From contig OZ242311.1 in the NCBI GenBank assembly GCA_965207885.1, forward strand, positions 3,456,001 to 3,520,000: a stretch of 64,000 nt of DNA, read 5' to 3'. Under the pieces are notes generated by a model. It ran no database searches. It was not told the DNA's origin and saw only the letters and a program-made list of their open reading frames with translations. Made by a program: the position numbers and the translations under genes. Shown piece by piece: positions 50,406 through 61,802 of the stretch; position 1 is the stretch's first letter; every line of letters starts with the position of its first letter. The DNA is from Candidatus Latescibacterota bacterium (GTDB taxonomy: Bacteria; Latescibacterota; UBA2968).

Positions 50406-52139
50406 ATGCGTTACTCTCAATTATTGACACAAACCCTGCGCGAGGTGCCCGCAGATGCAGAAGCCATCAGTCACCAGTTGGCTTTGCGCGCGGGGCTAAT
50501 TCGTCCTCTGGCATCGGGAATTTTTAGCTTCTTACCGCTGGGATTGCGCGTGAAGCGAAACATCGAACATATTTTGCGCGAAGAAATGGAACGCGCAGAT
50601 TGCTTTGAAATTTCGATGCCCGTGGTACAACCCGCGGAAATCTGGCACGAAAGTGGCAGGTGGGACGATGTGGGCCAGGAAATGATGCGCATGAAAGACC
50701 GCGCAGACCGCGACATGTGTTTGGCAATGACGCACGAAGAAGCCGTAACCGACCTGGCGCGTCACATGGTACAGAGCTACCGACAATTGCCCTTGAGCGC
50801 GTTTCAGCTTCAGACCAAATTCCGCGACGAGCCGCGCAGCCGCGGTGGATTGATTCGCGTACGCGAATTTACGATGAAAGACGGGTACAGCTTTCACATC
50901 GACCAGGCGGGTTTAGATGCGTATTACCCGCGCATGTACGAGGCATATCAGCGGATATTTGAGCGCGCGGGATTGGGAGACCACGTCATCTCAGTAGAAA
51001 GCGACCCGGGAATGATGGGCGGAACAGAAGCGCATGAATTTATGTACTTAAACCCGGGCGGCGAAGACACCCTGCTCTTATGCGATGCCTGCGGTTATCA
51101 GGCCAATCGACAGGTAGCGACATATAAGAGGGAAGCCATCGAAGCGGGAAGTGAAAAACCCCTGCAAAAAGTGGCGACCCCCAATTGCAAAACCATCGAA
51201 GAAGTCGCATCGTTTTTGAACGTACCGCAGAGCGAGACAGCCAAAGCCGTATTTTTAATCGGCACAATAAGCGGCGAAGAAAAATTTATTTTTGCAGTAC
51301 TGCGCGGCGACCGCGAATTAAATGAAACCAAACTCGCCAACGTAGTAAAGGCGCAGGCATTGCGCCCAGCAACCGATGAGGAAATCACCGCAGTGGGCGC
51401 AGTCCCTGGATATGCATCGCCAATGGCCGTGAAAAATGCAATCGTAGTCGTTGATAAAGCCATCGCAAAAGGAACCAATTTTGTATCGGGCGCGAATGAG
51501 GAAGGATATCACTACTTAAACGTCAATGTGGGACGCGATTTTGATCCCGACATCGTCACAGACCTCATCGCCGTAGAAAAAGGCATGCCCTGTCCAGTAT
51601 GCGAAACCCCGCTCGACAGCACGCGCGGCATTGAAGTGGGCAATATTTTCAAACTCGGCACAAAATACAGCGACAGCATGGGCGCGAAGGTCCTGGATGA
51701 AAACGGTAAAATGCAGCCCCTCTTCATGGGATGTTATGGCATTGGCGTGGGCCGACTATTGGCGTGTATTATCGAAGCCCATCACGATGACCACGGCATT
51801 ATCTGGCCAATATCGGTCGCGCCCTTTGAGGTACAAATCGTAGTCCTGACGGGCAGAAAACCCGCAGGAGAACTGGAAGCCGCCGAAAAATTGTACGCGC
51901 AACTAAAGGCCGCGGGACTGGATGTATTGCTCGACGACCGCGATGAACGCGCAGGCGTAAAATTCAACGATGCAGATTTAATCGGCATACCAATACGGTT
52001 GACCGTGGGATCGCGCGGCCTGGCAAATGGACAGGTGGAAATGAAACTGCGGCATGAAGATGGCCGCTCAGATGTGCCTCTGGATCAGGTAGTAGAACGT
52101 GTAAAGTGTGAAGTAAAAAGTATGAAGTGTGAAGACTAA
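50406..52139 (+). CDS. proS: proline--tRNA ligase (bacterial type with INS editing domain)
   Basis: [37 protein letters not shown]. Confidence 0.97.
   Translation: MRYSQLLTQTLREVPADAEAISHQLALRAGLIRPLASGIFSFLPLGLRVKRNIEHILREEMERADCFEISMPVVQPAEIWHESGRWDDVGQEMMRMKDRADRDMCLAMTHEEAVTDLARHMVQSYRQLPLSAFQLQTKFRDEPRSRGGLIRVREFTMKDGYSFHIDQAGLDAYYPRMYEAYQRIFERAGLGDHVISVESDPGMMGGTEAHEFMYLNPGGEDTLLLCDACGYQANRQVATYKREAIEAGSEKPLQKVATPNCKTIEEVASFLNVPQSETAKAVFLIGTISGEEKFIFAVLRGDRELNETKLANVVKAQALRPATDEEITAVGAVPGYASPMAVKNAIVVVDKAIAKGTNFVSGANEEGYHYLNVNVGRDFDPDIVTDLIAVEKGMPCPVCETPLDSTRGIEVGNIFKLGTKYSDSMGAKVLDENGKMQPLFMGCYGIGVGRLLACIIEAHHDDHGIIWPISVAPFEVQIVVLTGRKPAGELEAAEKLYAQLKAAGLDVLLDDRDERAGVKFNDADLIGIPIRLTVGSRGLANGQVEMKLRHEDGRSDVPLDQVVERVKCEVKSMKCED
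52104..52138 (+). repeat. degenerate heptamer tandem repeat (AAGTRNN-like x5)
   Basis: aagtgtg aagtaaa aagtatg aagtgtg aagacta. Confidence 0.7.
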
Positions 52140-52165
52140 TAACTAACAACCCAAAAGGTCTTAAA

Positions 52166-53845
52166 ATGGCAACAACCGAAGACGCACCAACGGATTTTAT
52201 CCGTGAAATTGTTCGCGAAGACGTAAAAAATGGCAAACACAAAAAAATCGTAACGCGCTTTCCCCCAGAGCCAAATGGCTATCTGCACATCGGCCATGCC
52301 AAGGCTTTTTGTCTGGACTTTGGCCTCGCCGAGGAATTTGACGGCCAGTGCAATCTCCGGTTTGACGACACCAATCCAGACCGGGAAGACACCGAATACG
52401 TCGAGTCTATCCAGGAAGATTTGAAATGGATGGGCTTTGATTGGGGCGACGGATTGTACTTTGCCTCTGACTATTTTGACCAACTCTACAATTATGCAGT
52501 GGAACTCATCCAACAGGGAAAAGCCTATGTTTGCGACTTGAGTCCACAGGAAATACGCGAATACCGAGGCACAGTAACAGAACCGGGAAAAAACAGCCCC
52601 TATCGCAATCGCACCGTGTCGGAAAATCTCGATCTATTTGCGCGAATGAAAAATGGGGAACTTCCCGATGGCGCGTGTACATTGCGCGCAAAAGCCGACA
52701 TGGCATCGCCAAATATGAACATGCGCGATCCCGTCATGTATCGGATCAAACACACATCGCACCATCGCACAGGCGACAAATGGTGTATTTATCCAATGTA
52801 CGATTGGGCACACGGGCAATCCGACGCCATAGAGCAAGTCACGCACTCGCTGTGCAGCATCGAATTTGCAGAACACCGCCCCCTGTACGATTGGTACATC
52901 CAGCAATTGGAAATTTTCCCCTCGCGGCAAATCGAATTTGCGCGGTTGAATATCACCTACACATTGACCAGCAAGCGCATGTTGACCCAACTGGTCGAGC
53001 GCGGTCTCGTAAACGGATGGGAAGACCCGCGCATGCCCACGCTTTCGGGAATGCGACGACGCGGGATACCGCCGCAAGCCATTAAAAATTTCATCTGGCG
53101 CGTGGGAATGAACCGGCGGGATACAACCGCGGAAATAGATTTGTTTGAATTCTATATTCGCGAACACCTGAACAAAGTCGCGCCCCGGGTAATGGGCGTG
53201 ATTGACCCCTTAAAAGTGGTCATTGAAAACTATCCCGAAGACGAAGAAGAGACATTTGAAGCGATGATCAATCCCGAAGACCCCGATACCGGCACGCGCC
53301 CAGTGCCTTTCTCGCGGGAATTGTACATCGAGCGAGAAGATTTTATGGAAGATCCCCCTCGCAAATTTTATCGTCTTGCGCCTGGACGCGAGGTGCGATT
53401 GCGCGCGGCGTGTTATATCACCTGTCAGGAAGCAATAAAAGATAACGACGGCAATGTGATCGAACTCCGCTGCACCTGGGATCCAGAAAGCCGCGGCGGC
53501 ACAACACCCGATAAACGCAGGGTTCGCTCGACATTGCACTGGGTATCAGCCAAACACGCATTGAAAGCCGAAGTGCGATTATTTGACCGGCTATTCATGA
53601 CGGAAAACCCCACCCGAACTGAAGATGGACAGGATTTCACAGACAACTTAAACCCCGACTCACTGGAAGTGCGCCCAACATGCTATGTCGAGCCGAGCAT
53701 GAAAGGGGTAGAAGTTGGCAGCGTGGTCCAATTCGAGCGCCTGGGTTATTTCTGTGTCGATACAGACTCATCAGATGAAAAACTCGTATTAAACCGAACG
53801 ATTACCTTGCGCGACACATGGGCGAGGATGAGAAGTGGGAAGTAA
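52166..53845 (+). CDS. glnS: glutamine--tRNA ligase
   Basis: [30 protein letters not shown] (KMSKS equivalent), QFERLGYF. Confidence 0.97.
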   Translation: MATTEDAPTDFIREIVREDVKNGKHKKIVTRFPPEPNGYLHIGHAKAFCLDFGLAEEFDGQCNLRFDDTNPDREDTEYVESIQEDLKWMGFDWGDGLYFASDYFDQLYNYAVELIQQGKAYVCDLSPQEIREYRGTVTEPGKNSPYRNRTVSENLDLFARMKNGELPDGACTLRAKADMASPNMNMRDPVMYRIKHTSHHRTGDKWCIYPMYDWAHGQSDAIEQVTHSLCSIEFAEHRPLYDWYIQQLEIFPSRQIEFARLNITYTLTSKRMLTQLVERGLVNGWEDPRMPTLSGMRRRGIPPQAIKNFIWRVGMNRRDTTAEIDLFEFYIREHLNKVAPRVMGVIDPLKVVIENYPEDEEETFEAMINPEDPDTGTRPVPFSRELYIEREDFMEDPPRKFYRLAPGREVRLRAACYITCQEAIKDNDGNVIELRCTWDPESRGGTTPDKRRVRSTLHWVSAKHALKAEVRLFDRLFMTENPTRTEDGQDFTDNLNPDSLEVRPTCYVEPSMKGVEVGSVVQFERLGYFCVDTDSSDEKLVLNRTITLRDTWARMRSGK

Positions 53846-53859
53846 GAAGTTTGAAGTAG
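53832..53859 (+). repeat. heptamer tandem repeat (GAAGTNN x4)
   Basis: gaagtgg gaagtaa gaagttt gaagtag. Confidence 0.7.
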
Positions 53860-53991
53860 GTATGGGACGGTCCCTGTGCCCCCGTATAGAATCACTACGG
53901 GACAGGCTCCTGTGCGTCATCGCGGTATGAAGTTGAGCCGCGATCCAGAAGGTTCTATCTGATCGCTGTCCGCTAATTTCTAAAAAGAAAG

Positions 53992-54020
53992 TTGCCTCTA
54001 ATAGGCTAAAAATTTATATT
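53992..54020 (+). promoter_or_regulatory. putative promoter of tRNA-Gln
   Basis: TTGCCT-17 nt-TATATT. Confidence 0.5.
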
Positions 54021-54038
54021 TAGCCCTCGACATAGTAT

Positions 54039-54112
54039 TGCCCCTTCGTCTAATGGCAAGACACTGGATTTTGGTTCCAGGTATCGGGGTTCGAATCCCT
54101 GAGGGGCAACCA
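54039..54112 (+). tRNA. tRNA-Gln (TTG)
   Basis: Acceptor TGCCCCT/AGGGGCA-A-CCA; anticodon arm CTGGA-TT-TTG-GT-TCCAG; T-loop GGTTCGAATCC. Confidence 0.97.
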
Positions 54113-54121
54113 CAAAAAATA

Positions 54122-54157
54122 AAAAGCTCGTCGATCATCACCGATTGACGGGCTTTT
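54122..54157 (+). terminator. intrinsic terminator after tRNA-Gln
   Basis: AAAAGCTCGTCGATC / GATTGACGGGCTTTT hairpin with G-U pairs. Confidence 0.65.
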
Positions 54158-54478
54158 GTTGTGTATTCGAGGTAAGCAGAGAGATATAATTACGATAGTA
54201 GTTTATCAGCGTCCATAAAGGGCGGTTATGAAAATTAACATTATGTATTGTAAAGAATGCAACTTGATTTTGCCGTTGTGGCGTTTTACATTGTGAAACA
54301 GAACAAGTTACGGGCTGCCAGTCCGTTTTTGTCTTTGTGTTTTGCTGCTGAAAAGTCACAAAGGAGACACCATGGACCTCTCCCAATTTCACGACGATAC
54401 CATTCTCGCCGAATGGACTGGAGTAATACACAGGGGCCGGTGCTCATTTAACCTCTATCTCCACTATTGGAGTTTTCT

Positions 54479-56155
54479 ATGCAAACCAACTACGACGTCA
54501 ACATGCAATTAGACGTAAAAGTGCCCATGCGAGACGGCATCAATCTCTCTGCCGATATCTACCTGCCTCGAGCACACGGTAAATTTCCCACCGTGCTTAT
54601 GCGGACGCCTTATGACAACAACGCCGACAACATGGTTGAAAAAGCCCGGCGGCTTGCCAACAATGGTTATGCCAGTGTTATTCAAGACTGCCGCGGACGG
54701 TGGGACTCAGAAGGGGAATATTACGCCTTTCGGGAAGGCGAAGATGGGTATGACACTCAGGAATGGATTGGCAAACAAGAATGGTGCAATGGCAAAATCG
54801 GCATGGCTGGCAGTTCCTATGGCGGCACGGTCCAGTGGCGTAGCGCGCCGTATCGCAGCCAGTACCTCAAATGCATCACACCTCGCGTTATATGCACGGA
54901 CTATTACTCAGGCCTGGTCCACCCCGGTGGTGCTTTCCAGCTCAACGTCATGATGACCTGGGGCATGCGTACCAACGCCCGCACCGCACAAACCATTGAA
55001 TTCCACAACTGGACCGAAGCCTTCCGCGCACTACCCCTCATCGAAATGGACGAACAGGCGGGCCGAAACCTGAATTTCTGGAAAGACTGGGTCGAACATG
55101 CCGCTTACGACGACTATTGGGAGCAATTCAACGACGAAACCAAATGGGGTGAAATCGCCGTCCCCGCGTTCAACATGGGCGGCTGGTACGATCTTTACGC
55201 GGCACAGACCTTCACCAACTTCAACGGCTTGCGCCTGCACGGTCGCACCGAAGAATCCAAAAAGAGCAAACTCATCGTCGGCCCCTGGCCACATTCTCTC
55301 AGCCTATCGCCCAAAACCGGCGACATTGACTTCGGGGCACCGTCAATGGTCGATCTGGAAAGTCTTGAACAGCGCTGGTTTGACCACTGGCTCAAGGGTA
55401 TTGACAACGGCATCGCGGATGAACCGCCTTTGCGTCTCTTCATCATGGGCATCAACCAGTGGCGCGACGAACGCGAATGGCCGCTTGCGAGAACCCAATG
55501 GCAAAAATGGCACCTGCACTCCGGCGACGGTGCCAATACGCTACTCGGCAACGGCACGCTCTCCACAGCATCACCGGAGAACGAATCGCCTGATCACTAC
55601 ACTTATGACCCTCGCTACCCCGTCCCGACGATGGGCGGCAACAACTGTTGCTCACCCCACATCGTACCGTGGGGTCCCTATGACCAGCGTCCCGTAGAGA
55701 TGCGAAGCGACGTACTCTGTTACACCAGCGCCCCCCTTGAAACAGCCATGGAAGTCACGGGCCCCATCAAAGCCGTCATCTACGCCGCTACCGACTGCAC
55801 AGACACGGACTGGACCGCCAAGCTCGTCGATGTATCGCCCACCGGGTATGCTATGAACCTCTGTGACGGCATTTTGCGTGCGCGTTTTCGGGAAAGCCTC
55901 ACCAACCCCACCTTGCTCAAACCCGGCAGCATCTATGCCTACGAAATTGACCTCGGCGTAACCGGAAACGTCTTCAAAAAAGGCCATCGCATTCGCCTCG
56001 AAATATCTTCTTCCAATTTCCCCCGGTTCGACCGCAACCTCAATACAGGCGGCTCGCTGGGTCGTGAGACCGAGATGCGCCAGGCCCATCAGACCGTCTA
56101 TCACTCAAAGGCATACCCATCCCACATCACGCTACCCGTCATTCCCTCGGCATAG
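54479..56155 (+). CDS. CocE/NonD family serine hydrolase
   Basis: MRDG..LSADIY, RTPY, QDCRG, GSSYGG, GGWYD, GPWPH, SSSNFPRFDRN. Confidence 0.95.
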   Translation: MQTNYDVNMQLDVKVPMRDGINLSADIYLPRAHGKFPTVLMRTPYDNNADNMVEKARRLANNGYASVIQDCRGRWDSEGEYYAFREGEDGYDTQEWIGKQEWCNGKIGMAGSSYGGTVQWRSAPYRSQYLKCITPRVICTDYYSGLVHPGGAFQLNVMMTWGMRTNARTAQTIEFHNWTEAFRALPLIEMDEQAGRNLNFWKDWVEHAAYDDYWEQFNDETKWGEIAVPAFNMGGWYDLYAAQTFTNFNGLRLHGRTEESKKSKLIVGPWPHSLSLSPKTGDIDFGAPSMVDLESLEQRWFDHWLKGIDNGIADEPPLRLFIMGINQWRDEREWPLARTQWQKWHLHSGDGANTLLGNGTLSTASPENESPDHYTYDPRYPVPTMGGNNCCSPHIVPWGPYDQRPVEMRSDVLCYTSAPLETAMEVTGPIKAVIYAATDCTDTDWTAKLVDVSPTGYAMNLCDGILRARFRESLTNPTLLKPGSIYAYEIDLGVTGNVFKKGHRIRLEISSSNFPRFDRNLNTGGSLGRETEMRQAHQTVYHSKAYPSHITLPVIPSA

Positions 56156-56169
56156 CAGCGGAGAATAAT

Positions 56170-57609
56170 ATGTCAGACTCTCGACCAAATATCCTGCTCA
56201 TCATGACCGACCAGCAACGCGGCGACTGCATAGGTCTCGATCCGTGTAGTCCCCCGTGCCTGCAAACACCCAACCTGGACTGGATTGCCCGCACGGGCAC
56301 ACACTTTCACCGAGGATACTCCGAATGCCCCAGTTGCATACCCGCTCGTCGCTGCCTGATGACCGGCACAGCACCCGCGGCAAATGGCGTTGTAGGATTC
56401 AAAAGTGCTCAGTGGCATCCGCCTCACACGCTCGCTGGTGAATTGTCCAGGGCGGGGTATCAAACAGAAATGATCGGTAAACTCCACCTGAACCCCAAAC
56501 GCAAGCGCTATGGCTTCGATCACATGCAACTGGCCGACGCCACACGGGGCGACCACAACGACTATGTCGAATGGCTACAGCAATACCACAACCGGAATGA
56601 AGTGCATCCCGGCATGGCCCACGGTATTTCCTCCAATGGATGGATTGGTCGCCCACACCACTTGCCCGAAGAACAGATGCACACCTTCTGGTGTATCGAC
56701 AAAGCGATGGACTTTCTACAAAAACGCGATCCCACGGTCCCGTTTTTTCTCAACATATCCCTTATCGATCCCCACCCCCCGCTTACCCCCCCGGCTCTCT
56801 ATTACGATCGCTATATCCAGCGGAACTTGCCCGACCCCGTCATAGGAGACTGGGCACCCGAATTTGACGGTCCTCAAAAAGGTCTCGACCCCAATGCCTG
56901 GCGAATTTGCCTTGACAAACACGACATGCGCTGTTCTCGTGCGGCTTATTACGGCATGATCAACTTTATAGACGATCAGATCGGTCGCCTCATCCAATAT
57001 ACCGGTGGTCTCAACAACTGCCTGACCATCTTCACATCTGACCACGGCGAAATGCTGGGGGACCACAATCTCTTTCGCAAAACCTGGCCCTATGAAGCGT
57101 CTGCCCGAATTCCATTTCTCATGCGCGCCCCAAAAAAATGGAGCTACCCCGAAGAAATAACTTGCCAAAGCCCCGTCGGCATTCAGGACATTATGCCCAC
57201 TATCCTCGATGCGGCCGACATCGACATCCCCGATACCTGCACGGGCAAAAGCCTTCTGCCCGTCATGCAAGGCGACACCGACCATGTCCGGGAATTTCTA
57301 CACGGAGAACACGCCGGCTGTTATGCCCGCGATCACGGCAACCACTATATCACAGACGGACACCACAAATACATCTGGTATTCTCAAACAGGTGAAGAAC
57401 ACCTTTTCAACCTGGACGAAGATCCCAATGAAATACGCGATATCACGCGCAATCCCAACTCTGAAATACAACCCTGGCGAAATCGTCTCATCGAATTCCT
57501 CAAAAACCGCCCAGAAGATTTTACCGATGGCACGCGCTTAATCCCCGGCCAGCCCCACGAAGAACTCCTGCCAGGCTACACTCCCGAAGCGACCTACCCG
57601 TATTTGTGA
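56170..57609 (+). CDS. arylsulfatase
   Basis: PNILLIMTDQQRGD, CIPARR (CxPxR), GKLH, PHPP, SDHG. Confidence 0.93.
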   Translation: MSDSRPNILLIMTDQQRGDCIGLDPCSPPCLQTPNLDWIARTGTHFHRGYSECPSCIPARRCLMTGTAPAANGVVGFKSAQWHPPHTLAGELSRAGYQTEMIGKLHLNPKRKRYGFDHMQLADATRGDHNDYVEWLQQYHNRNEVHPGMAHGISSNGWIGRPHHLPEEQMHTFWCIDKAMDFLQKRDPTVPFFLNISLIDPHPPLTPPALYYDRYIQRNLPDPVIGDWAPEFDGPQKGLDPNAWRICLDKHDMRCSRAAYYGMINFIDDQIGRLIQYTGGLNNCLTIFTSDHGEMLGDHNLFRKTWPYEASARIPFLMRAPKKWSYPEEITCQSPVGIQDIMPTILDAADIDIPDTCTGKSLLPVMQGDTDHVREFLHGEHAGCYARDHGNHYITDGHHKYIWYSQTGEEHLFNLDEDPNEIRDITRNPNSEIQPWRNRLIEFLKNRPEDFTDGTRLIPGQPHEELLPGYTPEATYPYL

Positions 57610-57631
57610 GGAATCACCAACCTTTCATCCC

Positions 57632-57660
57632 AACCGCCCGACACAACGGGCGGTTTTTTT
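57632..57660 (+). terminator. intrinsic terminator
   Basis: AACCGCCCG-acacaa-CGGGCGGTT followed by T run. Confidence 0.85.
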
Positions 57661-57739
57661 GTGTCTTTTAAGGCAACTTCTGTGCATCTTAACGGTTAAA
57701 ATAAAAGTACTCTGTTCCCCCCACCCGAGGAGCCCCCAA

Positions 57740-59833
57740 ATGATATTGCGAATGCTATTAATTCTCATATTCGTCACACCAACAGATGCAGTATGGGCAA
57801 ATATCGATTCTTTGCTCGTTGCCGCTTCAGATACAACGCGTGCGTTTGATGAACGCGAGTCGCTGTTAAAAGAGGCTACAAAAAGCGACCCAGCGGGACG
57901 CGCGGCCCACGCGCTGGGTGAATTATATATGTTGCAGGGCAAAAGTCATGTACACAGTGCAGAGCGGTGGTTGAAAAGGGCGATGCAAAAACAGCCGAAT
58001 AATGGGAATATTTTGACCTCACTGGCCGAGTATTACTGGCGCATTGGGCGGCGAACAACCGCAATCGTATATGCCAAACGGGGTATTGAACGCGATCCCG
58101 ACAATGTGGGACCATTGTATTGGGCGGCGCGCTTTGAAATGTGGAATATGACGCGGTATCTCGATGGCGAACGCAGAATTGTGAATTATGGTTCGGATTT
58201 CAATAGATACAGGAGAACGGTCAGAACACTGAGTTTGGAAAATTACGGCATTGAGGCGCGCGATGCGGCCATTGGATATTTGACGCGTGCAATTGCCAAA
58301 CATCCAGACCACTGGCCCTCGCATCACTTATTGGGGCTGGTCTATTACGAAGGGCGAATGGCGCGTGAATTGATTCCCCTATTTGAAAATTATGTGCAAA
58401 GGCATCCCGACAATGCCCATGCACATTTTTTTGTTGGATTGGGGTATCAAGCTGAGGACCGGTTGCAGGATGCGTATGCGGCTTATACCAGGGGACTTGC
58501 ACGCATGTCAGAAGAAGAACAACGCTTTATGATGGGCGTGTTCATGCTCGCCGATCCCGACTCAACTGCGCCAGACCGCGCGGCGATTCGCAAATTCTGG
58601 ACGGGTCGCGATCCATTATTTTTGACCGAATACAACGAGCGATTACTCGAACATTGTCGGCGCGTGGCCTATGCCAATTTGCGATTTGGCGACCCCCTCA
58701 AAGGCATTCCCGGATGGACAACGGATAAAGGCCAGGTTTATATCCGCTATGGTCATCCAGTATCTCTGGTCGCGAGACCTGCGGAGTTTCACACAGGTGT
58801 GGATTTGCCCGGGTATATGCAAGATTATCTGGCATGGCGGGCGCGGTGGCAGATGATGTCGCACAATTACGAACATCGGAAGGAATTGTGGCGATACGAG
58901 GGCTTTACCATCATTTTCGAAAATACGGACACGCGCGATCACTGGAATTTCCGCCTGGGCTGGTTGGATTCTGAAATGAATCCCCTGGGCTTTAAGATGT
59001 TTGTCGAGCGCAATCCCGACCATTTTCGAGATCCTTACTGGCACGAGCGGTACGACGCGCCACATCAGATAGCGCAGTTTCGCGGAGAAAACGACAAAGC
59101 GCGTGTTGAAGTGTATTATGCCCTCGACGCCGATGAGGTTGAAACAAAAGACCTCCGCCCCGGAATAAAAAGCGTCAATCTGCGCCAGGGCCTGTTCCTT
59201 TTTGACGCTCAATGGGACACATTGCGTAGGGATATAAATCGGGTGCAGCGCATGCCCATCGTGAAGTACGACGCACTTGGCTTGGGTTATTTGCTGGCAG
59301 GTGATCGGCTCAATTTGAAAGCCGGGCGTTATTATCTATCGGCAGAAGTTGAGGATCGCGAAAAAAAATCTGTGGGCACATTTCGCGATACGCTCAATGT
59401 GAGACAATTTTCAAAAGAGCAACTGGATATCAGCGATTTGTTGATCGCGCGGCGTATCGTTGAACGTGAAGACCGCCCTTTTGGTCGCAATCGCTTTCTC
59501 ATATTGTCAAATCCCTTGCGGCAATATGAGCACAACGGTCAAGCCGTGGTGTATTTTGAAATTTACAACTTACAGCGCGATGTGTTTGGCGCGACCCATT
59601 ACAAGCTCACCTTTCAAGTGCGGGCACTGAGCGATGCCAGCGATGCAGAGCAGGCTGATTGGGTAACTGCCGTGTCTTATGAGCAACGCGGCAATAGCGG
59701 CTGGGAGCCATTGTTTCTATCACTGGCATTGGAAAAAACCATGCCAGGCCCCAAAGCACTGCGCGTGGTGGTCGAAGATTTGCAAACTCTGGAAACAGCG
59801 CGTTCTACAACGCGGTTTCGCGTGATGTGGTAG
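57740..59833 (+). CDS. GWxTD-domain protein with TPR repeats and signal peptide
   Basis: RRVAYANLRF...GWTTDKGQVYIRYG.P; TPR-like helical repeats; hydrophobic N-terminus. Confidence 0.88.
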   Translation: MILRMLLILIFVTPTDAVWANIDSLLVAASDTTRAFDERESLLKEATKSDPAGRAAHALGELYMLQGKSHVHSAERWLKRAMQKQPNNGNILTSLAEYYWRIGRRTTAIVYAKRGIERDPDNVGPLYWAARFEMWNMTRYLDGERRIVNYGSDFNRYRRTVRTLSLENYGIEARDAAIGYLTRAIAKHPDHWPSHHLLGLVYYEGRMARELIPLFENYVQRHPDNAHAHFFVGLGYQAEDRLQDAYAAYTRGLARMSEEEQRFMMGVFMLADPDSTAPDRAAIRKFWTGRDPLFLTEYNERLLEHCRRVAYANLRFGDPLKGIPGWTTDKGQVYIRYGHPVSLVARPAEFHTGVDLPGYMQDYLAWRARWQMMSHNYEHRKELWRYEGFTIIFENTDTRDHWNFRLGWLDSEMNPLGFKMFVERNPDHFRDPYWHERYDAPHQIAQFRGENDKARVEVYYALDADEVETKDLRPGIKSVNLRQGLFLFDAQWDTLRRDINRVQRMPIVKYDALGLGYLLAGDRLNLKAGRYYLSAEVEDREKKSVGTFRDTLNVRQFSKEQLDISDLLIARRIVEREDRPFGRNRFLILSNPLRQYEHNGQAVVYFEIYNLQRDVFGATHYKLTFQVRALSDASDAEQADWVTAVSYEQRGNSGWEPLFLSLALEKTMPGPKALRVVVEDLQTLETARSTTRFRVMW

Positions 59834-59868
59834 CCTCACTGCAAAAAGCCAAAACAAGGAGACGCAAT

Positions 59869-60831
59869 ATGGGCAAAATTGCTGGTATTTTGTTCGCGTT
59901 AGTCGCTTCTGTTGGCGCGGCGGAAAAGTCGCAGATGTTGCGTGCCTGGGCAGAGGATCATTGGGCTGTGGTGACGGTGGGTGAAGTGACCGGAACTGTT
60001 GTGGTTATCAGCCCAGCCGTAGGGCGAGAAATTGATTTTGATGAGGGCAATCAATTGGGCGTTTTTCAGGGCGCGACAGAATATACAAAGCACCACAACA
60101 TGCCCACGCTGACACAGCTGGTATCGGGATTTCAGTCTGCTGTATTTCTCAAAATGGCAGATGATCAATACGGCATCTGTGTCACCTTTCGCGACGAGGC
60201 CGGTACGCGCTGTCGGTTGCTACACATCCGAGATGTAGAGGAACTGAATCGCATTCGAGATTATATCCATCGGATGGCCGTTGTGCATGACGCGCCAAAT
60301 TATCCATTGGTGACAGATGAAAAAGTGACTTACAAAGTAATATCACCTGTTTATCGCGCCTATGAACGGTTACAAGTAAAAATGGCACTGGCAAATGGCG
60401 AGCAAATAAAAGGTGAACTCTTGCCAATGATGGAAGATGGGCAAATGCTCATCAACACGTCCCTGGGATTTCGACGGATCAAAATGGATGTCATTGACCA
60501 GATTCGCATTGCACCGCGCGGAGGCAAACGGATTGTGACCAGGACAATCAGGAACGGCCTGAAGTACGGCATTTTGGGCGGGATTACGGGATTGCTCGCG
60601 GGTTGGTCTTTCGAAGGCTTATCCGCCAAAAATGAAATGCTTCTCGGTACTCTATTGGGCGGAACGGTTGGGGCTTCTATCGGATTTTTAGATGGGCTGA
60701 TGTCGGTGGAACGTGCCCGAACATTTCGATTTGAACATGGTGATGCCCATAAAAAACCGAAGATCCGACTTTTGCCGCAGCAATTAAAGCCACCCAAATC
60801 AATCTTTTTTAGACTTTCTTTTTCCATTTGA
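59869..60831 (+). CDS. hypothetical exported/membrane protein with glycine-zipper C-terminus
   Basis: AGGAG SD, signal-like N-terminus, GxxxG-rich helices. Confidence 0.6.
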   Translation: MGKIAGILFALVASVGAAEKSQMLRAWAEDHWAVVTVGEVTGTVVVISPAVGREIDFDEGNQLGVFQGATEYTKHHNMPTLTQLVSGFQSAVFLKMADDQYGICVTFRDEAGTRCRLLHIRDVEELNRIRDYIHRMAVVHDAPNYPLVTDEKVTYKVISPVYRAYERLQVKMALANGEQIKGELLPMMEDGQMLINTSLGFRRIKMDVIDQIRIAPRGGKRIVTRTIRNGLKYGILGGITGLLAGWSFEGLSAKNEMLLGTLLGGTVGASIGFLDGLMSVERARTFRFEHGDAHKKPKIRLLPQQLKPPKSIFFRLSFSI

Positions 60832-60930
60832 TTGTAACCCAATCTTCACTCCCGCTTAATACGATAGAAACAATGATACCTTATTTTTGTGTGTCATTAT
60901 TCTGCGTCTCGTTCAGCAAGGAGTTGGGTT

Positions 60931-61779
60931 ATGGTCAACGCCTCATCCAAACAATCAGACACCAGTCTCGAACACTATCTCAAAGAACTCTCCCACTCTC
61001 ACCCCATCTCTGCTACAGAAGAATTTGAACTCGCCGTCAAAATGAAGCGAGGTGACCTCAAAGCGCGCAATCGCCTGATCAAAGCCAACCTCCGTTTTGT
61101 GGTCAACGTGGCTCTGAAATACCGCAATCAAGGCGTGGCCCTGGCCGATCTGATCAGTGCCGGCAATATAGGCCTCATTACAGCCACCGAACGCTTTGAC
61201 GAAACACGCGGTTTCAAATTTATCTCTTATGCCGTCTGGTGGATTCGCCAATCTATTCTACAAACGCTCGCCGAACAGGGGCGTATGATCCGTTTGCCTA
61301 TCAACCGGTTGGATCTACTGCGTCGAATTAAAAACTTTAGCGACGAGTATCAATCCAATAAAGGCCACAGGCCCACAGAGGCGGAAATCGCCAGTGAATT
61401 TCACATCACCGAAGACCAGGTCATCGATATGCTGTCTCACAGTCCGATCGTATTTTCTTTGGACAAACCAATTCATGACGAAGATACAACCCTCATCGAT
61501 TTGATGCACGACGAAGATCAGGCCCCACCAGATGCTGCAATATTTCACAATGCCCTGCGAGATGAAGTCAACGATCTGCTCCATACCCTGGATAATCGTG
61601 AAGCCGACGTTATCCGTCTCTATTTTGGTCTCGATGGCTCCAGTTGGACACTTCAGGCCATAGCCAACAAATATAGCCTCACGCGTGAGCGCGTGCGCCA
61701 AATTAAAGAAAAAGCCCTGCGTAAATTGCGTCACCCCTCTCGGGGGCGCAAACTCATTGCGTATGCAGAAGCGGGATAA
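60931..61779 (+). CDS. RNA polymerase sigma factor, RpoD/SigA family (short, no region 1.1)
   Basis: NLRFVV..A, DLI..GN.GL, RGFKFISYAVWWIRQ, LTRERVRQI. Confidence 0.95.
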   Translation: MVNASSKQSDTSLEHYLKELSHSHPISATEEFELAVKMKRGDLKARNRLIKANLRFVVNVALKYRNQGVALADLISAGNIGLITATERFDETRGFKFISYAVWWIRQSILQTLAEQGRMIRLPINRLDLLRRIKNFSDEYQSNKGHRPTEAEIASEFHITEDQVIDMLSHSPIVFSLDKPIHDEDTTLIDLMHDEDQAPPDAAIFHNALRDEVNDLLHTLDNREADVIRLYFGLDGSSWTLQAIANKYSLTRERVRQIKEKALRKLRHPSRGRKLIAYAEAG

Positions 61780-61802
61780 CCTGCTATATCCCAATAAAAA
61801 TG

